DNA from: Acutalibacteraceae bacterium
Lineage (GTDB): Bacteria; Bacillota; Clostridia; Oscillospirales; Acutalibacteraceae
DNA: 64,000 nucleotides
Assembly (NCBI GenBank): GCA_045640165.1
Contig: JAZUEK010000037.1
Coordinates: 833 to 64,832, forward strand
Direction of reading: 5' to 3'
Positions 61,001 to 64,000 of the stretch are shown here, one piece after another; within the stretch, counting starts at the first letter, position 1; every line of letters starts with the position of its first letter. Both the position numbers and the translations under genes were made by a program. Below the pieces are notes generated by a model. That model did not search any database, was not told the origin of the DNA, and saw nothing but the letters and a program-made list of their open reading frames with translations.

Positions 61001-62622
61001 TTCATCGAAGAAATCGGGTTCTCGAGAGGCGTTCCGGGAACCAGCATTTCCGCATCGGTCCAGTAAACAACCGTGTCGATGTCACCGTCTTTGTTCGCCA
61101 TATAGGTATCCGAAGATTTGAAATAGATGTCCGCCGGACGGTCATCCATCACCACGTTACCGTCAGCATCCACCATTTCTTCGCCAGTCGTCGCATTAAT
61201 GCGCGGCGTTTCTTCGCGAACGCTCTGCTGCACAATGTTAAACTCCGAAATATGTTTGCTTTGAGCAACCGTGCCGTAATTGTTGAGGTTGCGCAGATGA
61301 CGCAGATAGGATACGTTCGCATTCAACACGCCACCGTCAGTCGTCTCCGCCGAAGCAAAGAGGCTATGTTGCGCCACAATATCCGAGCCGGGCTCAGTCA
61401 AGATCGTCAAGTCGCCCAGTTTGATTTCAAAGTTCGCGGTCACTTCCAAATCGCAACCGTTTTTGAACATCGCCAGGAACGCCGCCTTGTCATCACCGTC
61501 GCCACCGGAGATTGTGCTGTCATTCAAAATTGTCTCAATATTCGGCGTATCTCCGTCGCGATCCAAACTATCCAGCAAAATGTACGCAGTGGGGGTATAA
61601 TTCGTCACCGAGCCACATACATAGTGCGTCACCGTATCGCTATAATCCGCACGGGAATCCGCAGCCGTCAACTCCGCCACGCGCAACGGAATCGTCACGT
61701 GTGCCTGCGTTTTGGTATACGTATCTGTCGCCGTCAGCACCACTTCCGATTTACCGATGCCCTGCTGATACAGAGCAAAAGCCTCCGCCGACATCTCGCA
61801 AGAAACGCGGACGTACAAATCTTCTTTGTTGATAATTTCGCAAATCGGGCGGAACGGTTTGTTCTCGCTGGGTTTAAGCATATCCGTAGGATCACCGCGA
61901 TAATAACCAATCATAATTTCGCCGGAATCCGCCGGGAATTCCTTGCGGAACGAAGATTTGCGACCCTCTTTGGTTTCGTCAATCTCGCCGCCCATTTTGA
62001 TTTCATTAAGAGTATTTTCGTGAATATCTGCCGAAGTGAAGCCAGTTTTGGCATCAGAGTAAAACGCCGCATACACATCACCGGTGTAGGGGTTGAATTC
62101 GATATAATAATGTTGGTCAAGAGTAGTCGCCGCCACCGACGCCTCGGAAATCAAATACTTCGACGCAAAAACATTCTCGGCAATCGCAGCATCATCCGTT
62201 GCATCCGGATCGTGCATAATACCGTAGAAATTCATATAGTCGTCAGAATTCCACTTCTTCGCCCAATCCTGAGGCACCAAAGCAGTATAATCCTTAACAT
62301 CGCCGTCTTCCGTCACGACGTCTGTCAAATAACTGCAGTCCTTCACGCCGTCATCGCGCAAATCTTCCAGCAATTGATTCAACTCGCCCGTCGCTTTCAT
62401 AGACGTAAGACGACTTTGCGCCGCAAGATAGACGTCTTTGGCATAGCTATTAAGCCGCGCGAGTTCCAGGTTCTTCTGGATTTGCGCGACCGCAGGCACA
62501 GCAAGCCCGAACAAAATGGTCATGATGGCAAGAGTGATCATCATCTCCATCATGGTAAAACCGGTGCGTCTCTTAGGTTTCACGCTCCTCGGTCTGCTGT
62601 TCGCATAATTTGTATTTTTCAT
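49081..62622 (-). CDS. Giant (4,513 aa) modular type IV pilin-like adhesin
   Basis: - Start MKNTNY at 62622, with GGAGG 8 nt upstream.
- Prepilin leader and N-methylation motif KPKRRTG|FTMMEMMITLAIMTILFGLAVPAV at nt ~62485-62562.
- GLUG-motif clusters (VGGLVG, VGGMVG and VGGFVG) at ~60250-60830 and ~58000-58390.
- Four CBM4/9-like modules starting NLI(K/V)NG.F..G...W at ~53870-54290, 52600-53010, 50130-50500 and 49700-50075.
- Nine InlB-B-repeat/Flg_new-like modules at 53630-53850, 51195-52566 (six copies), 50530-50760 and 49440-49665.
- Ser/Thr-rich linkers.
- No LPXTG motif, no dockerin and no internal stop. Confidence 0.9.
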   Translation of the reverse strand: MKNTNYANSRPRSVKPKRRTGFTMMEMMITLAIMTILFGLAVPAVAQIQKNLELARLNSYAKDVYLAAQSRLTSMKATGELNQLLEDLRDDGVKDCSYLTDVVTEDGDVKDYTALVPQDWAKKWNSDDYMNFYGIMHDPDATDDAAIAENVFASKYLISEASVAATTLDQHYYIEFNPYTGDVYAAFYSDAKTGFTSADIHENTLNEIKMGGEIDETKEGRKSSFRKEFPADSGEIMIGYYRGDPTDMLKPSENKPFRPICEIINKEDLYVRVSCEMSAEAFALYQQGIGKSEVVLTATDTYTKTQAHVTIPLRVAELTAADSRADYSDTVTHYVCGSVTNYTPTAYILLDSLDRDGDTPNIETILNDSTISGGDGDDKAAFLAMFKNGCDLEVTANFEIKLGDLTILTEPGSDIVAQHSLFASAETTDGGVLNANVSYLRHLRNLNNYGTVAQSKHISEFNIVQQSVREETPRINATTGEEMVDADGNVVMDDRPADIYFKSSDTYMANKDGDIDTVVYWTDAEMLVPGTPLENPISSMKPIDLGGNIPATYDGNGFGLYDFDIVGSTANIGLFATTKNMTFKNVTLVDAKVRAADNELGRDHVGGLVGSATSTVFQNCAVRLRDENPMGVKYFEGVSRLRDRSIYAEKSNNVGGMVGKAQGCTFADSYAAVWVQGQDSVGGLVGNMDSGAINRCYTSEDTVGGSRVGGMVGNMKGATVTGVTGAPCYATGDVQGTQNVGGFVGAAQDSDFINANSYGKVVDINSTKNNVHGFVGKIGGSASDSTFVACNYLTMNGYNKSLDADPSGAQPRLFGDFALLNADDGTYANSADDSHPYTISETVFPFPMLKENKDTNGDGQVDSNDAQKTIPHYGDWPVESTVQTCMVYYEKYEDGTYGFDVCTSLKGDNDSANTWVYNSLWEGDFTVVEDGYAILSSDRLTDMYQIGENGQKITNGTLGELTQIFNGNMVLASGSNKVSENVFIYPLPNDLQGMSDAYENAMKQTNATYYQKLILSGYNNSATVFENYTFYYNPVLAKTVINPKPEQVDHPFDVIPGSNPEKRYCPTAADMPTPSASIIRSARQLNALGRINWYWDKNFVFKQECHVNFSKYTKNYIGLALDLSGAGQKADNPYRNVPIGTEAKPFAGMYDGGGNRIYDYCQETTGVSATGLFGVIDGACVQNVILMAESQETGTAFIRTSDATDVAPLVGRVKNGAYVAPASGGGTSTDRKLVEAKRNGFDSADNKSSLDSSAGTFTFNGDQSMDGQWRDLWPNLIPASDEEYTVVTVTGDFSGVTSARLYYQTQDHSWDPVVVYLDTSDAIINEDGSQVTFTLHEADFHANADTGEKAWKDFNLQLTGGNLSTWTKEGTSISIVKYTTAAASAGGATGDEGPSAYLQQGVTTVKNCAVAGYVIESTANRAHVGGLAGTVIGQVQNCSAVNKTIDAVATDNVYVGGFAGDNQGVVAMCYAGGMLKGYATGNTNAQIAGLVGNQNGGVLCDCYNYCQFENNASHSSKFYGVAGGATDKIIHSHFFVDAITKQEDGYFAVSSTDGDGNVTWNLSDKLLDKGRNWEYSITVKDTDANGNDLETTHTETRTVPYGLTYSEMKKLFSGGEYALRGTSGIADFDHSWPYDQTLAGGYPFPAVVTVNSHEYFESQDGLLDSDGNPVSGWKDVHRFSHFGDWILPPGTIFSNETAFNGTFWADFCVDPTYNTDYRYYWDAWLKEMKYQASIGNLKAGDYIEIIVEPEFKYDRYEAVGKFQCAIHTLLKDTTKNVWDDENDAAYEAQGIHFTNGQVYQFLFDVADTGIMKENDPQLWFAVNYHSAGGLKDGSLWDSLNKKDAEYYPGNDDPFRINRLMVNIYRANTTSSTTNTTTRKSTTGSSAGTTAQEQPMQLKLLKEWTFEEAGAENILVSSKAVNGEITDLCGAGTATDGQKQHSNRVVLNDDGSLRMNIGSAWKLPDTLQTGEGYQVEATFTLDAQDAIKDANNAYPYESWTEQKAPLALQPVLVQPIKDAAGNIITNDFYYANEVVVAQAVQKEGNNKGKIVWSQPVLYTFGAAGKTFDSNAYIRWESPIAGKTLNGTLYVDNVSVKKLEKVNGQSSSSSSSTPADVSDPKLQDVFRSPQVGDVSAPTYQTSSQDQYRNASLGGTCKDVDTGITWTQFLKQHESLTESQYMEIKLTYPAGFANAELDDFTFTCDSYAYNEGTILSEIKAKSIDTANRTVTYEIYGPLERSQAAEYGSMNLRTFFTYRNALDLTDNKVLKDGLADQFFVDVRIYDRSPSATEMPEPTQYVPPEEKKTRELSGGTVSNWWKSDSVNDKSYMDLSYQKDGLTKDGQTQKWQDFAQANGALTDSQYIRITLTNNDAPFGTLTAENLKVDMYTYLGVDNHHVQEKARSVSADGKTIVYQINGPLSMNEDSTAYGYMKGVSFSDVAGSLAPNTSILVEILDTTTTATLQLDNFDVAAGETFTPNLKVGSITLNGDEFASVNVGDDITGWFDHLGVDESIRDLAATVRTVNGSVLSFDITGSVSALPTNNITVTVTVPSDKMKNGGTAVTAGSFVIGPKVAKAEIVGDNLNRTFYRGEPITSALDGHPHLVNLKISNTTFTSNFGSVADWIEGTLPAGMGIDTIGADGSDGVTITLSGTPTEDVSGLKVTFVVPASATAFGQKLTAGTITFNVTQRPTVETPSITVNGTSPFRGSVRFNINCATTDATVWYQILDADGNVVKAAQQYTGATTTEQLEPGTYKIEAWAERTGYTSSDHFITPNAFEIIEDNNLIKNGYFEGGLDGWTDAVNPDVWTVNANGQLVYQGNKDGKLVASFVQNANLQAGKTYKLSIGTLNPGTATTSKGVDLRVWYGVGNKENQDYAKLTSSGSEVTFTIEDLTKFEIYISIPKEQSFTVPPVFDDIVLTEVSGGDPVSHTITVTDGTASSTSAIAGATVTLTANAAPNGKVFDKWTVTEGGVTLADVNSATTTFVMGNANVKVAATYKDAGTTSESSESSTTSETSTPSGDRTKVAQWVTTEGITGGHLETNGTGTMRVDWNNVGSYSIVETKESGEMSWSNFLTKVQNASLFTSDAYLEIVFESLTDNPTFGGAVAAKTTLESKCFAMFDKAAIRADDKTIVFQTDKGLTFNGNQEVTLLATLQDVTSVLGGGQGRVTVTLYTGSTGGGETSESETSTSASSETSTSATSEPETYTNLIVNGNFANGMTGWTQEPAASGEYAGFFTVSGGKLNVAIPTYRAPKLIASFTEPLETKTEYTLHVDMTTSGSANDKITVRIKKDNNNSEILTSTGNITFTTPSDLTNFKIFVEVAGESNDLETAVIDNFILVKGDHIPSGGDSDDTVHSITVTGGTADATSAEQGVTVHLTPGTPSAGKKFDHWNVISGDVTVNADNTFVMGDKDVYIEGIFEDIEYSITVQNGAANLSKAKMGASVTLSNPVVQVGQTFDHWEIVSPSDVTITNAISPSGASFTMPASDVTVRAVINKIDYTVTVTVNPTSAAGTVKVLRNNVETTVVNVGDEVTLTATPNDGYTFSSWTVTGATVANASSATTTISNITGDVAITANFEETVVPTYGVTVEKGTVDGGTTQFVAGTTVSITANDPEPGYKFDKWTSSDVTITNASSADGATFTMPAKAVTVTATFVQVNYTVTCNAVQNGTIKVNNAASATANYGDTVTLTAIPNTGYVFTGWSVSGGTLNSTNANPATLTVPAADVTVSATFNQQSYDITVSNDTTMGTASASVAKATYQDTVTLTATANPGWTFDKWTSSDVTITSATSATNASFTMPAKAVTVTATYKADPTTAVASWTSNSVSTVNRDANGVATMTVGSNISGSTGTTTQTLNEFLSSHSIGTNQYLKVTFEKTGGKFGNARRAATTLSGATTAYADDIKLEFYSKSNLSGDITVTYTNASAVPGISEVKCTLAIYNYTTDPIASINQGDKDATYTVTVDGGTAEPTSGTYGKTVTVTPATQSGKTFVGWELDGDGTNYLYLVDDDQNNTDNPLVFTMPYNNVSIKAKFETAATEPTPTDGNLIKNGDFSNGTADWEKACTTFEVTGGVASISDGHNSGDKYGISQAVNFIVGHSYTFSCDITMTKGSAATLYVNSSTNDKFKTDLAGHYSVTFEAVSGMDVVKIGGSDIDFTIDNISLIDNTAGGDTPTEPIVTDPTQPPVTGNLIKNGNFANGTTDWTFTGNAAIEGGKARLPKWKDGNINQDISVVAGTTYTVTINYDGEKSGLHVPVTLGGTSLGQMEGGASSTFTTTYTATSTGTVTLTIGKTDGTLDGYCDIANVSVTSGGSTPTQATTQAPKYKVTLGSVTGGTITASQTTDVAEGDEITLTATPASGYTFGGWNVTGATVANASNASTTFTMPKGDVTVSATFNAQPVGGGTLTIDASYKTGQYTGMGALPSDRITPSTSVTISGSTATVVVHYDGYYQPQSVSNWSDVVTVKVGGTELVPDVNAPSGNSVNVTLTYTVPVNGATTVVIESAIYTNIPYITIS

Positions 62623-63133
62623 ACTCTCGACCTCCCACAAAGTGTCGTGGATAATGCAATAATATAATATGGATATAAAAGAGTGTATAGGGTGGTATAC
62701 CCACCCACATATCTACAAAGCGGAAATCCGCTTCGTTTTCCCGTAAAAATTTGTACTTTTGGGGTTAGTCACGGCTATCTTCGCCACATTTTTTCTCCCA
62801 AAGCACGACGAAAAAGCAAAATTTGCGGTTTTTCCGCAAAAATTTGCATTTTTCTACCCTTTTTCGTATTGTCTTTTTCGGCTTTTCCTTTTCACAAAAA
62901 GTCGTTTTTTTGGTAGATAACAACAAAACGCGTCTACAAATTTGCGTCCGCGTTGGTCATTTTGCACAAAGTAGGTGCTATCTACCCACCTATATAATAG
63001 AACAATTCACCAGAAATGTCAACGAAAAATTTGAATTTTTCGACCGCTTTTTTCGCCTTTCCAAAAATTTCCGTCAAAATCACACGCCTTGTAACATTTT
63101 CACAAAAAATTCAAAAATTATCAAAAAAAGTCG

Positions 63134-63162
63134 TTGCATTTTGGTCGAAAATGTAGTATACT
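63134..63162 (+). promoter_or_regulatory. Putative sigma-A promoter of the GreA-C-domain gene
   Basis: TTGCAT, a 17-nt spacer, then TATACT. This lies about 110 nt upstream of the ATG at 63272. Confidence 0.45.
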
Positions 63163-63271
63163 CTATCTATATACTATTCTCGGAGCGGTCTATGACCGTT
63201 AACCGTGGCTTTTTATCTCAGCTTTTTCAATCACCGGTTTGACCGGACTATTTGCGGAGGCGAAACCAATT

Positions 63272-64000
63272 ATGTCCTACAGATGGTTCAAAGAGTGGGC
63301 GGACAAAACCCCGAAAACGATTATCCTGATCGAGACGCGCGAGGGCTTCGAATCGTTCGGTACCTGCGCGACGATCATTTTTCGTTTGACCGGGGCTCCT
63401 ATGTTCCGTCCCCATAAAAAGGAAAAGACGAAAGAGCCGGAAGTGCTGATTCCGATGCGCGATTATCCGACTCTGCTCGATAAAATGAACCGCTGCCAAA
63501 TCAGCTATCTCGTCGCGCGCGAGGACTTCAAGGTTTACAGCAAAGAATTTGACCAGCGTTTTTACGACATCTACACCGCGGCGATTAAAAATCCCGAAAA
63601 AGCGTCCGAGGAAGACCGTATGGATCGCGGACTGTCGGTGGATGACCGCGTGACTGTCAAAAACCTGGAAACGCGCAAAGAGTGCTGTTGGAAACTGGTT
63701 CCCGAGGCCGAGGCAGACGTCAGCCGCCGCGAAAAAAGCGGTAATCTGAGCATCGAATCGGTGGTGGGCAATGCCCTGCTCGGTCATCGCGTCGGCGAGG
63801 ATTTGACCATCGTGCGCGGTATGAACGATACGGCCTCTTACCGTATTTTGTTTGCCCTTGACCCCGACAACCGCAAGCTGAAGAAAATCAAACGCGAGAC
63901 GAAAGCCTCCAAAGCGGAACTCGCGGAAGAAGCCGCCGAGGAAGAAGAGGCTCGAAAACACCTGGCGGATATTGCAGCGTTTGCCGAAACCGAAGAAGAG
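63272..64000 (+). CDS. Protein with a GreA/GreB C-terminal-like domain, 3' end cut by window edge
   Basis: Own translation: MSYRWFKEWADKTPKTIILIETREGF... It includes VTVKNLETRKECCWKLVPEAEADVSRREKSGNLSIESVVGNALLGHRVGEDLTIV, which matches the GreA C-terminal domain pattern. The frame stays open to the end of the window. It is absent from the ORF track. Confidence 0.55.
   Translation, partial: MSYRWFKEWADKTPKTIILIETREGFESFGTCATIIFRLTGAPMFRPHKKEKTKEPEVLIPMRDYPTLLDKMNRCQISYLVAREDFKVYSKEFDQRFYDIYTAAIKNPEKASEEDRMDRGLSVDDRVTVKNLETRKECCWKLVPEAEADVSRREKSGNLSIESVVGNALLGHRVGEDLTIVRGMNDTASYRILFALDPDNRKLKKIKRETKASKAELAEEAAEEEEARKHLADIAAFAETEEE

Noticed and set aside
62641-63271. Possible c-di-GMP riboswitch upstream of the pilin gene (as known for the Clostridioides difficile pilA1 locus), and the small ORFs 62683-62916 and 62823-63242
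   Set aside because: The region is AT-rich and lacks the GC-rich conserved helices of c-di-GMP-I/II aptamers by eye. The ORFs translate to F/K/R-rich low-complexity sequence typical of AT-rich non-coding DNA. A covariance-model scan would be the decisive test.

Overview
This 64 kb window looks like chromosomal DNA from a Gram-positive anaerobe of the Clostridia. The clues are GC-rich third codon positions, dockerin-bearing secreted proteins, a CIRCE-controlled groESL, a LexA Cheo box at recA and a T-box leader. No taxonomic search was possible.

Most of the window is housekeeping, mainly on the minus strand:
- a his operon (yerC-like, hisZ-hisG fusion, hisD-C-B-H-A), then argH-argG
- glyQS, and a GH20 hexosaminidase
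- pgsA-rimO-recX-recA, tRNA-Gly(GCC), lgt
- a T-box-controlled orphan trpB, murD, galU, groESL, plsY-gpsA

The accessory content is concentrated in three places.
1. 39.2-62.6 kb holds a complete Gram-positive type IV pilus (T4P) operon: pilB, pilT, pilC, pilD, pilM, pilN, pilO and three atypical pilin-like genes. Its first gene is a single 13.5 kb ORF of 4,513 aa. The ORF starts with a textbook prepilin leader and N-methylation motif (KRRTG|FTMMEMMITLAIMTILFGLAV). It continues as a huge multi-module adhesin-like protein with two GLUG clusters, at least four CBM4/9-like sandwiches, nine InlB-B-repeat/Flg_new-like modules and several copies of an unassigned module of roughly 140-170 aa. This giant pilin is the most unusual object in the window.
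2. Two dockerin-bearing secreted proteins are present. One is a YD/RHS-repeat protein with near-identical tandem DNA repeats and no toxin tip.
3. Two intergenic clusters of GTAG-plus-hairpin elements resemble REP/BIME repeats.

Two otherwise well-conserved genes, glyQS and pilC, each carry a single in-frame TAA. Conserved in-frame coding sequence continues after each one.

The long antisense ORFs in the track are codon-bias shadows and are rejected. No CRISPR array, rRNA, transposase or integrase was seen.
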